Source of the DNA: Octopus bimaculoides
Lineage: Eukaryota
Length of the DNA: 64,000 nt
Assembly (NCBI RefSeq): GCF_001194135.2
Contig: NC_068984.1
Location: forward strand, 23,572,837-23,636,836
Direction of reading: 5' to 3'
The position numbers and the translations under genes were made by a program. The notes beneath the pieces were generated by a model, which was not told where the DNA came from, did no database searches, and saw only the letters and a program-made list of their open reading frames with translations. This document shows positions 35,001-47,900 of this stretch, one piece after another; the first letter of the stretch is position 1; each line of letters starts with the position of its first letter.

Positions 35001-38000
35001 AAACTTAACCAATAATTATAGCTTCTTTAATTTGAAAGCAATTTAAGGTATAGAATATATGTATGTGTGTATATATACATATATATGTATGTGCATATAA
35101 ATGTGTGTGTGTGTGTACACATACATAATGACTGTCAACTTGCAGATGAGCATGACCATCCTAAATGTTCAAGACAATGGCTGTCAGCAATGCTCATGCT
35201 GGAAGTTGAAATCAAAAACAGATTGAACAACATCGCTAAGACTCTCACCTACAAAGCCAAGTAGTCAAGAAACAAGCAAGATCAAGATCTCTGGGTTTGC
35301 AATGAGGTGGGAGTTATTTGGGAATTTTCTTCTTCTAGAGAGTTGTCTAAACAAAGTCTAGGGTTCTCTCACTCCAGTTGAAGGATGGCAATTGACTCCG
35401 AGTTCATCTGTCCTTTGACAGGTTTTGTTTTTTGTCCTGGAGGGAGTCCAACAAAAACCACTCTTCTTACCTGGTAGGGTTGCAAGTTTAAGCACTGACA
35501 ATCTGACCATGCAACAGGTTGTACAAGGTTACATGTAAATACATAAGTATATGAGTGCATGTGTGTGTGTGTGTGTATAGATAGACAGACATATGTATAA
35601 ATGTGCATGTGTGTGTGTGTGTGTGTATAGATAGACAGACATATGTATAAATGTGCATGTGTGTGAAGAGAGAGAAATACTGAACAGAATATGATAACAT
35701 TTTAGTAACACTAAACTGAGAAAGAAATAAAAATAGATGAGAAGTGTATGGAAAAAGAAATGTCAACAGATTGAAATGTGTAGAATATATAGAAATCTTA
35801 AAACTGAAACATGCAGGACAATGAATAGAGAAATGAGAGCGAAATGACACAGACAACCCCAATAATACACCACTGTAGTGATTAGGCTTTGGAGGATCCA
35901 TCCTCAAGCAGCTAGAGTTAGTATACTACATGCGGACATAGACAAAATGTTTCCATCAGGGGAATAGAGAGAAAGAGACAGACAGACTTTACAAGCAGTC
36001 ACAGAATCAAAGTGAAAAAAAAAATTGTTCTTCTGATGTGAGTTGGAGTTCCTACTTACTGAGACTTGTCATAAGGAGTTCTGCAAATGCAGTAGAGCTC
36101 TTCTGATGTATTCTCTCGATGCAACTTGCATTCATCGCACACGTAGGATTCTATGTCCTGAGCCTGCTCCTCAGAAACAGCTACACAGGCCCCGTGGAAC
36201 CAATTGGAACACAGATCACAACCAATGTAGAACCTGTAGCAAAACAGAACAACCCTTCATTTACACCAATCTTATTGCCCATCAAGGGCAGTAGGCTAGA
36301 TGATAGCCAGAGAGCCAGAGAGCCAGTGGGTATATTTGTTCAAGATCTCTTGATGGTTTCAGATAGTTTGGGAAACATTAGAGTCACCAAACTGACTGAA
36401 CAAGTATAGCAAAGAGAAACAGCTATGCACATCATCCAGCAGCTTTCTCAAGTAAATGGATTATGCAACCATCGCACAGGTCACAAGATCTAAATGTATC
36501 ATGAAAAGATATTTGGGTATATGTATGCATGTTTGTGTGTGTGTAAGAGAGAGAGAAAAGGTTTTAAGTAACAATATCCTTCTCTCCCCTAACTATTATG
36601 CTATTATTTCACCATGCAGAAATCATGGAATATGTCAAAGCACCAGTTACTGATGGGATAAATTACTGTCTGAAATGCCCAGTCTACCCATTTCCTGCTA
36701 CACAAAATGGCCACCTCCCATTCTCAATTTAGTTTACTATCTGCTTAGTATTACCACAGTCTGAATATTATCTCTCCAGTTTATTTACAGTTTAGGGCAA
36801 GGGAAATATGTAGTATTAGTATTTATTAAAACTATTAGAACTAATGAAAAAAAACATAAAATGATAAAAACCCAATGAATTCAAAAGAAGGGAAACAATT
36901 TGTTACCATCATTCAAAACAGAATAGATTTGAATGTTACTATAAAAGAATACCTGAAAATAATTGCAACAACCAGAAAGAAACAGAAGAATAGCTACAAA
37001 GAAAGAAGCTATGCTGATGATAAATGTGTTTTAATATGGGGTAATAACACATGCAAGGATGAATAAGGAGATGATGACAACCAATGGCAGAAGTGGAGAG
37101 AATTTTTTAAACTGCTTATCAGACAATGTTGATAATCTGAGCAAGAAAGATGCTGACACACACACATCAGCAATAATGTATTTGACTGAGATGATGCCCT
37201 GAGAAAACTCAAACCATGAATATGAAACATGGAAAAAATAAGTCTAAAGTACCAGGTTGATAACCAACTTACCTTACAGAAAAAAAAAAAAACTTTTCAA
37301 GTACATTAAATCAAAGCATAACAAACAAATACCATTTTTATGTAACCTTTGTAAAAAGATAAAATTCTGAAAAAAAGAAGTTTTAATCTTTGTTTGCAAC
37401 TGAACGCATTTCATTATGTGGCATAAATCTAACAAACCAATAACAGATTTTGTAACTTTTACAATGATTCTACTGTTTTATGTAGATATTATCACAGATT
37501 TGTCCATTAACATCATTTGCCATAAGAAATGAAAATGGTAATGTTACATTCTGTTTTTCCAAGCACTATACTAGGCTGAACTCAACTGGAAAGATGAGAT
37601 GTGGTTTTAAAACTACTGCAGCTTTATCATTGATGAGTCACTTCTTGACCACCTTTATTTGGCAGTCCACATTCTGGACAATTATTGATGAGGTTGATGT
37701 GGACAGTAAATTGACCAACAGATTTGATAATGACAGAAAACAAATGTAATATACCTTATCGAGTACATTTGCATTAACTTTGCTAATGTGATACATACAT
37801 GGCAAATTAGTTTCACATTTGCTGGTTATACACACAAAATACATCCATGACATGTTAGATATATTCATTTTAACTTTCTTGATGTAGAGCATAAAGTATG
37901 TGTACCTCTGCCTTACCTTTGATGGAATACTCACAAACATTGAAATATAACTGCCTTACCTTTGTTTGCACATGCATATTCATGAAGTGCTCTCTGCAAT

Positions 38001-41000
38001 ATATTCGTTGATGCGTACTTAGACACTTGTGCATTTGTTTGTGTGCACACTGAACATTAATTTTCCTTGTGTATACACATGAAATACATCCAAGTGATAA
38101 AGAGATTAAGCTAATTTTTCTAATACCGATTTATACAAATGAGATACACTATCCCATAGAGTAAATTATAGTTCTGCATAAACAAATACTTTCTATACAG
38201 ATTTACGGGTTGGTTTAAAAGTTACCTAAAATACTGTTTCTCATGTGTATACAGCCAGTAAGAAGGCATTTAGGAAAAAAGGAAGAGGACAACAACAGAA
38301 GGCTTTACTTACTTTGAGTCGTCATATGGTGTCTTGCATATGCAGTACAATTTTTCAGCTGGATTAAAAGATTTTCCAGTTGATATAATCTTCTGCTTCT
38401 TCTTCTTAGAAACAGTAACAGCAGCAGGAGCTGTGGGTGCCGCTACTGATGCATTTACTGTATCATCTTTACGTCTGGCAGCAACTGGAGATGTTGCAGC
38501 AACTGCTGCTTTCGTAACGGTTTTCTTTTTCTGTTTCTTGATGCATTCATTTATTTCCATCTGAAAATCAAAACATAAAGCAACATTTAAGTAAAAAATA
38601 AGAGAAAACATAATTTCTAAATCATTAAACAGTAAGCAGAATGTAAAAGTTGTTCAAAATACCTGAATATCATGTTGAAGATTCTTCTCCATTAATGAAC
38701 GTTTACGTAAAATCTCTTTTTTCAAGGCTTCTTTTTGTTTGAAGAGCACAGCTTGAAGCTTGGAGGCAATAACACGCTTCTGCTTCTCCTCAGCACACTC
38801 TTGTTTCTTAATCCTTTTTTGTTCTACTTTCTCCTCTCTTTCAATTTTATCAAGAATATTCTTTAGAGCTTGACTACACACAGAAAGGCTGCAAAACAGA
38901 ATATAACAATAGATACATTAAATAGGCATTCATATATTTTTATAGTATGGGCACATTGTGTATTTTATTTCTAGCATGGGAACATTACGTTGATCCTAAA
39001 AGGGCATAGATTAACTTACTTTAGAGTCTTGCTTTTTAACTTGAAAACTAATAAACTAACATACCAGTTTTCAACTACTTTTCTTCCAGAAAAAAAACAG
39101 TAATTTTTTATTTTTTCATTTTTTAGATGTAAACTATGATTTGTAGAGAAAATTTTACTGATCAGTTTTTTTGTAAGAACAAAGGGGTTATTAAGTAGTT
39201 TCTTTGTAAGTGCAAGCATAGCCATAAAATTAAGAATTTTACATTGCTGTCCCACTGTGCAAAACCTTATCTTCTACACAGCCACAATTTGACCTGTTGA
39301 AATCGGATACACAAAAACTGTGTAGAAACCTGTCAAGTGGGCTGTACCTACAGCCGGATGGTAGAATTAACCTGCTGCTCAGTTTAACCCACCACTTGGC
39401 CCTTCAGTGTCTTTGGGTGAGCCCTCTGTTTGCAAGCATTCAGGCCAGATATCCAGCCTGAGAAGTAACTTCCTCCTTTACCCCACCACCATTCCCTACA
39501 AAAGAATCATGGGTGCTGTTCTTCCTTGTCTGAGTAAACCACACAAAAAATTTGCTAGTGAAAGCTACACATCTGAAGAGATATCTCAGCTAGTGCTGCT
39601 ATTATAATACTCACAAGAATAAAACAACAACCAATTTACAATAAGGTGGAATTAATACAGTTGATTTTAACAGGAATGTAAGGCAGCACCATTTGTGGAC
39701 CCCACCCCCAATTTCAACTAGTGTGCATTTAATGAGAAGTTATTCAACAACCAAAAACATCTACTATAATACTGTTGTGTATTTCTCCATCACAGCATAT
39801 GAATGAGAAAGGAAGGGGTGATGGCAAACTTAGTAGTGAGATGATGGAAGTTCTATGGTGAGAAAAGAAAAAATCAAACAGCGTTTCAACTTTGCATGAG
39901 TATATGTGTGTGCATGTAAAAAGGAGTCATGTGAAAGTTTGTGCGTGTGTGTGCATGCAATGGAAGTGGGACAGTGAACATTCAACACTGAAAAGAAAAA
40001 AATCAAACAGTGTTTCAACTCTGTGTGAGCATATGTGTGTATAAGGGAAGTATGTGAATGTCTGTGATTATTTTGTACCTTATTTATATATAAAATACAA
40101 CAATTAGCCGTCATTTTTGATGGCAAGGGGCCAGCTAATATAAGCAATAACTTACCGAATTTGTTCATCCTTCTGTTCTGGAGTGAGAGCTTTAGGCTTT
40201 GCTTTTGGCGTCTCTACAGCAGTAGAGACAGTATTGGTGACTATAGGGATGGTCGTACTGGTTGAGCTTGTAGCTTGCTTCAGCACCAATTGTTGAGGCA
40301 ATGCACTGATGATCTTATCCTTAGATTTCCCTTGTATGGCTGCAAGAGCCTGTAAGGTAGTAATAGGTTGTGATTTCTGTGCTTGCATTTGCCGCTGATA
40401 TGCCAGTAATTTCGCTTGGATCTCTGGGCTTTGATTTTGCAGCAAAGCTTGTCGAACAACTGCGATAAAAATAAACAAAATCTTAATTTAACAGTAAAAT
40501 GTTGATTTCTCTCAAACAACCTGAAAGATAATTTAATTACTTTCCTTAAGTACGAGGTCATACATTTTATAACAGGAGAGGGTGAAGTTAATTCAACTAA
40601 ACTATCAACTGAACTTTGACTATGTTTAAACAAAATATATAATGTATTACAGTAAATATAAAAAGCAAGTTATGTTAGAATACCAAACAGAATGGAAAGG
40701 ACTAATGTTTTGGACAGGTTCCTTCATTTGAAATATTCTGAAGGAATATATATATTATAATATATATACATTATAATCACTCAGCAATACTGGACTGAGT
40801 GATTATAATGTATATTAGAATTAATAGAAGCAAGATCTATCTGGTAAAAAAGAGGGTCTTGTCAATCAAATCAACTGCAGTAAATTAAACTAAGAAATAA
40901 GTGGTATATAACTAGATACTGTGATTAGGGTTAGGGTTGATATTATTTCCATAATTCATTGAGTGTAACTTATTTAATTCTTTAATAAACCATTCAAGTT

Positions 41001-41901
41001 CATTTAACTCTTGTTTCTATAAAGGAGGTAAATTTTGATAATGATAATGAACTTATTGTATCATTATTGTATACCATATGAGTAACTTTTCCTCAGTGTT
41101 TTGTCATCTATTCCTCTCAAGTGAAGAGAAGTATGTGGAATAAAGTGTGCTGTTTAATGACCCAAATGCCAACAATGAATTTGAACTCATAACCTGAGGT
41201 GTTAATCCACTCAACCATTTTAACATTTCATATGCAATACTAGAAACAGGAGAAACAGAAAGTTCCGTAACAGAAAGCAAAACATACAAAAGAATATAAA
41301 ATAATTTCTTTTAACAATAAGTTAGATACCTTGTTGCACAACTTGAGGAGTAAGTGCATATTTTGTGGTTGTTGTTGCAGTGACAGCTGCAGTTGCATGA
41401 GTTACTGTGCTGGAGGTAGTTGCAGGAGCATTAGAGCCAGCAGCCAGGGCAGTGAGAGGACGGGCTGTTGTCAAAACACTGGTGCCACCAACACTACCAG
41501 TGTTCATAATAGCAATAGGGACTGTTGTTGTACCAGGGCGACTTGTAACCACAGACACAATAGGCTTGGCAATCACACGACTGGTTAGTGGAGAAGCTGT
41601 TAACATAGTGGTACTTGCAGGTACCACAGTGTTGACAGCTGGACGAGATACAACAGTGGTTAGTATAGTTGTAGTGCTAGTATTTTGAGTGACTTTGGAA
41701 TTAGACAAGGAAACCACTGCACTAGTGGTAACTGCAGGAGCTGTTGCAGTTGGTGTTGTTACTGCAGGAGCAGTTGTTGACGCTACCGTTGCAGCTACTG
41801 TTGAAGTTGCTACTGCTACTGTTGTTGCTGGTACAGTTGCTGTTGTTGTTGTTGAAGCTGCTACTGCTGTTGTTGTTGCTGCAGCTGCCGCAGCTGCTGC
41901 T

Positions 41902-41934
<33 letters not shown>

Positions 41935-44900
41935 GCTGAAGCAGTTGTGGCTGTTACTGTGGTTGTTATCGTTGTTGTGGTTGTTGTTGTTGTTCCAGCA
42001 ACATTTGGAGTAGTGCTTGGGGCAGTTGTAGTGGCAGTAACAGTTGGTTGTGTATTTGCAGCAGGGACAACAAGCCTAGTAGGCTGAGCTGTTGCACCAG
42101 CAGCAGCAGAGGTGCTAAGTAAAACGGTCTGCTGTTGTGGCCGGATGGTCACTTGTGGACGTACTTGACCAGGTGTAGTAGTTGTAGAAACAGTAGCCAC
42201 AGTAGGGGCAGTTGTAGGAAGTGTTATCAATTGCAGACGGCCGTCAGGAAGCCTTACTATTTGCTGACCTGCAATATTAAATAAACAATACAATTGGTGG
42301 AGTTGAAAAATTAATTCAGAATATAACAATAATTAACAAACAAAGTACAGACACAAAGCTATTCTCATGAAATACAAAACTATAATTGTATCCTACCATC
42401 AGTTTTATCTCCTTGGCAAAGAAATATAATTTCGATGGTCCATCATCTAACTGCAAACAAGCACCATAGCATAATAAGCTTACCACTGAAAACAGTGATA
42501 GCACTCCATAGTTCATAAGATCAAATCCTTGCATGAGCAGAGATCTTCCTGTGAGTTTAAAAACACTAATAGGAAACCACACAGCTATAGTTATTCATAA
42601 ATCACAATGCAAACATAAATATCTTCCACAGTGAACTAATGCTCCAACGATGTATGCAGCAGTACTATTATGTGTTACTGTTTTTAATAATTTTTTTGTC
42701 TTTTAGATAACGTTTTTTTTTGTTGTTTTTTTTTGGGGTTTTTTTTGAATTTCTGAAAGAACAAATCATCATTATGTAGTCACTTGGCAGTGAAAAAACC
42801 TCTGATGGAATACAAATTCTGAAACCATTTGTTTATTTCATCAGAGAAGTTTTACTACTGAGCAAAGTCTTACATTGATAAGACTCTCTTTCCCTATAAA
42901 GTTATATGTATTATGCCAAACATTAGAACTTCTATTTGAATCATAAAAAGTTTAGATAGAAAACTTCTTCAGTGAAGTAGTAATGTAACTTGGAAGCTAC
43001 TCCAATCTCACTATCATTTTATAACAGTAAAAAAAAAAAAAAAAACTAAATAAAACACAAAACATACCAGGTAAGAGTCCTCGTACTTGAAGCTGTCCTT
43101 GAGGTCCTTGAATAATTTGTACATTCTGTACTTGACCAGGCATACCTTGAGCAATAACTTGTGGTCTTATTTGAACAGTAGCTGAAATGGTCAACATGTA
43201 AGATCATATAGTTGTTTTCTTTAACATCTTCAAAGAAAATATCAATACTAAAATCTCAGAAAATATAGATTCTGTACCAATTTGTATTTATATATATAGG
43301 GAGAATTCATGAAAAAACAGCAGACGAAGACAGGTGGTGTAGACAACAAATGGATGTATTAGTATAACACTCGGGAATAGAGAAAGTCTTTAACGTTTCA
43401 AGCCTACACTCTTCAACAGAAAGGAACACAGAAAGAAACAAGGAGAGAAAAAAAAGAGAGAAAATATATATATATATATATATATATGAATGAATAGAGA
43501 CAACAGAGGAAAAGAGGACTATTTAGTCCTCTCAGGGATAAAATAACCTCCTTAAGTGCTGTTGTACAATAAAATGCACCCAGTACACTCTAACACAGTT
43601 GGTGATAGGAAAGGTAACATGATGTAGAAAATATGTTCAAAATGAAATTATGAGCAAGCCTTGATCCTCCAACTGTCTAGAAGGGCAGTAATTCAGAATA
43701 AGGATTCAGTCCATGATAATCCATGCAACTTATGCCACCAGGCAAAAGTGGTCATTAGATAACAATGATGATAACGAGTCTACATATATATATAGTAAAT
43801 ACAAAAAAGCAAAGAACACAAAAAAAAACAACGCGAGGACGTGGTACATGTAAAGTATTAGCAGACACTCAGGGAAAGAAAGAAAGACGGTTTAATGCTT
43901 TGAACAGAGCTCTTCTTCAGAAACAGAGGAAAGTCCAATAGAAAGGAAGTCAGAGGAAGAAAATCGCCAACGATTCACAATCATCATCATCATAATTTAC
44001 CGTCCATTATCCATGTTGGCATGGGTTGGATGGTTTGGCCAGAGCTGGCAAGCTGGGGAGCTGCACCAGACTTCAGTTCTGATTTGGCAAGGTTTCTACA
44101 GCTGGATGCCCTTCCTAACACCAACCACTTTACAAAGTGTGCTGAGTGCTTTTATGTGGCACTGCATGGGTACTTTTATGTTGCACCACACAGGTGCTTT
44201 ACACCACCAGAAGGACTGGTTTTAATACTTCTGCTTCAGAGTACATACGTACATACAAACACAGGATAAAAAAGTTAAAAATCCTTCCCAAGCCATATAA
44301 ACTCATAAGGCAGGTTTCCCATATTCTGTGATGTATATACGCTCCATCACCTTCCCCTGGATGGGATGCCAGCCCATCGCAGAATTACTCACTTTTGCCA
44401 GCTGAATGGACTGGAGCAACATGAAATGAAATTTTGCTCATGAACACAATGCGCTGTCCAGTCCAAGAATCAAAACCACAATCTTACGATCATGAGTCTA
44501 ACCCCTGACCACTAAGCCACATGCCTCTACACACACACACACACACCCACATATCAAATAGTGTGTTGGTTAGACTGATTATTACTTCACACCTTAGAGT
44601 CTCATGCAACTGACTAATGGCAAACATACATATATAACATAAAACAACGGATTATTTTGATTAAATAGGATACTTGCGACAGTAATATATATAAAAGAGT
44701 GGTATCAACTTGAAGTAATAATAAAATGAGAAATTACCTCGAGTGGCCTGTAACTGTCCTGGAGAAATAAGCCGAGCTGTGGCTCCACTAGCTGTGGAAA
44801 CCACAGTACCTGGTTTAGGTGCAAGAGTAACATTAGTTGTAGGGCGAAGTGTAATTGTGGTACCTGGTAACTGAACCTTCACACCTGGCCGGATGGCACT

Positions 44901-47900
44901 GGCAGTAGTAGCTGACAAACTGTTCGACAGAGCAGCAGCAGCTGAAATAATGAAATATTTATAGTGTAAACTTGTGTGTTTTAAATAGGTAAAAGCATGC
45001 ATAAATAAGGCACAGAGAAGCTTGAAAAGTAGTGAATAAACTAAGAAGAATTGAATTCATGCAAATACTTTTATCAATTTGTTTGATGCCTGACTATTCT
45101 CTCTCTCCCATGCACTCACACACACACAATCAGTAACTTCATTATCTTAAGTAAAAGCAAGCTAACGAACAAATAAATAAACAGAACGATACATTTTTAA
45201 TGTAAAAAAAAAAATCCAGAAAGCTTACCTGGGGAAGCAAGGATTGTTTTTGGTTGCACTTGAACTCTCTTTATTACAGCAGGTGTTGTTATTATAGTTG
45301 GTGTATTTGAAGATTTCTGTGCAGATGAACTGTTTACACCCAAAGCAAGTGACACCACAGAACCTCCAGAGCTGGTGGCATTGGCCTTGCCAGCTTCCTG
45401 CAAGAGCCTTTTCTGTTGAAGATTCAAACGCTGCTGTTTGAGCTGCATTTCCATTTGAGCTTTGATTTGAGCAGCATTTTGAGGTAACCCACTGCTTGAA
45501 GGAGAACTACTTGCACCAACACTAGATTGCTGACTAGTTTTTTCTTGTAATGCTGCTCGCTGTTTTTCCAACCTGAAAAGATAATCAAAGTTTATCATTC
45601 AAATCAAAATCGGGTGTAATTATATATATTTCGAATTCTAGATCTTGTTACTACTTTGACAATTTATGTCAATTTTACTACTTTAGTCAGAGTCATTCAA
45701 TTATCATCTCTCTTGATTCAACATTACATATAATTCCTTCAAAATATTTACATAATGAAATATATAAAATATATCAAATATTCAAAGCAGTAAATAAATT
45801 TTATACACCAACTGAAATACTTAAAGAGCAAAAAAATCTCAAAGAGCAAAAAAATAATAATAGAGTTTTAGGACTGTGGGAAGATGAATGCACGAAACCA
45901 AACAAGTAGAAAGTTTAAATTACTTTTCTCCAAACTGCTTGATTTCCCATAATTCTAATTGTTCTTCTGGTGTCCAGGTTTCTGTAACACTTGGTTCAGT
46001 TTGTTTTGGAGACTCTGCTCGCTTACGTTCACGCAATCCACTTCGCTGGGGAGTGTATTTCTCTGAAAGAGACAAGAAATTTTCTTGCATAAAAAAAAAC
46101 CTACCTAACTGAAAAAAAAATTAACAGACTAACAAAAACAAAGGAAAAAGTTTTCCTAAATATCCAAAGATGAAATAAAGAAAGTAAATTATAATAAATC
46201 TTATCTCTTTTATTACAAGAAATCTTATCTCTTGACAGTACACTAACATAAACAGTAGTATATTGAACTAAAGGCTACACAATCATTAAACAGTCATTCC
46301 CATTGGAATCAACTTTGTTTTGCATGCTTCCCAGGCTTAGTAAAATAAATGTCAGACATACTGGATGTGGGTTCATTCAACCACATTATACTCCCTTAAA
46401 AATGTCTAGCCTTGTACAAATTTAAGAATTATTATTCTCCTTATATTGATTGTTGTTGTTAGTGTTATAAAATAGCAGAACCAGTAGAGCATCAGATTAT
46501 GCTTAGACTCCATTAAGATTGCCTTTCATCCATCAAAGGCTGATAAAATAAATGCTAGTTTCTCCCCAGAACTTGTAGCTGTGTACCTACATGAGAAATA
46601 AGAATTATTATATTTGCTCTCCATCCCTCCAGTGTTTATAATGTGTCTAATCAGTAAAAATAAATATTCAAACAACTCTATTCTAAAAATTATCTGTGTG
46701 TCAAGTCAAACAGTCAGCATAATTTGAAAGAAGGTGATAAGGAACTAGAAAAAACATAGTTTCATTTAGAGGATGCCCTCACACTCCCAATGTAAATTTT
46801 GTCTTTTTATTCTTTAATGATAAACATTATTATAATAATATATAAACATTATAATAAAATATAAAAGGAGTCTCTGAACTTGTATAAAAGTTTTATACTT
46901 AAAAACAAACAAACAAAAACACCATTATTAATGATTTCTTACACAGACAGAAGACCTCAGATTAAATAGTAGAAAGATTTTAATATTTATTTTTTTCTGC
47001 TCTAGGCACAAGGCTGAAATTTTGGGGAAGGAGGCCAGTCAATGAGACCAACTCCAGTACTCAACTGTTACTTAATTTATCGACCCCCAAAAGGATGAAA
47101 GGCAATGTCAACCACAGCGGAATTTGAACTCAGAACGTAAAGACAGATGAAATACCATTTACCATTTTGCCTGGCATGCAAACGTTTCTACCAATTCACT
47201 GCCTTAAGATTTTAATATTTATTAAAATTCTCAGGAATTACACTATTATGATAAAATATAAAAGGAGTCTCTGAACTTGTATAAAAGTTTTATACTTAAA
47301 AACAAACAAACAAAAACCACTATTATTAATGATTTTTTACAAAGACAGAAAACCTCAGATTAAATGGTAACAAGATTATTTTTCCCAATCAGATGTTACT
47401 GAACCATTATAAATTTTATCAAATTTTCAGTAAGTCTGACAAAGATCAAGTAAGTGTCTTGCCAAGCTGTAGCATACATTAAACTCAAACTCTTACAGTC
47501 AATAGTTTTGCATTTTAACCTGTTACTAATAATTTATCAGTAACTCTTAAGTTAACTTTATTTCATATACTGTTATGTACATCTATGGCAGACATGTGTC
47601 ATTCTTTCAAAATATACCAGATCTATTTGATCAATGTTAATTCTCATCTTAGCTTGTTAAAAGAAAACATTATGCAACAATGTCATAAAGTAAATCCTTT
47701 CACAGAGTCCCCAGCTCAACTGGATCAGTACTTAATTTTGCTTTTTGTACCATTAAGCCAATGAAAGACAACTCTCTCCTTGGATATATGACAGTCTATT
47801 GTAGATAATTTTTTTTCACTGAGAACTTAAACTCAGGAACAAACACATACACACACACATATATACGGCGAGCTGGCAGAAACTTTAGCACGCCGGGCGA

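Noticed and set aside
35369-35907. Additional BPTF exons between the PHD exons
   Set aside because: The ORFs derive from (CA)n/(TC)n repeats, and the flanking exons already join in phase
41407-42087. Plus-strand Val/Ala- and Leu-rich ORFs
   Set aside because: Antisense shadows of the Thr/Ala-rich BPTF exon
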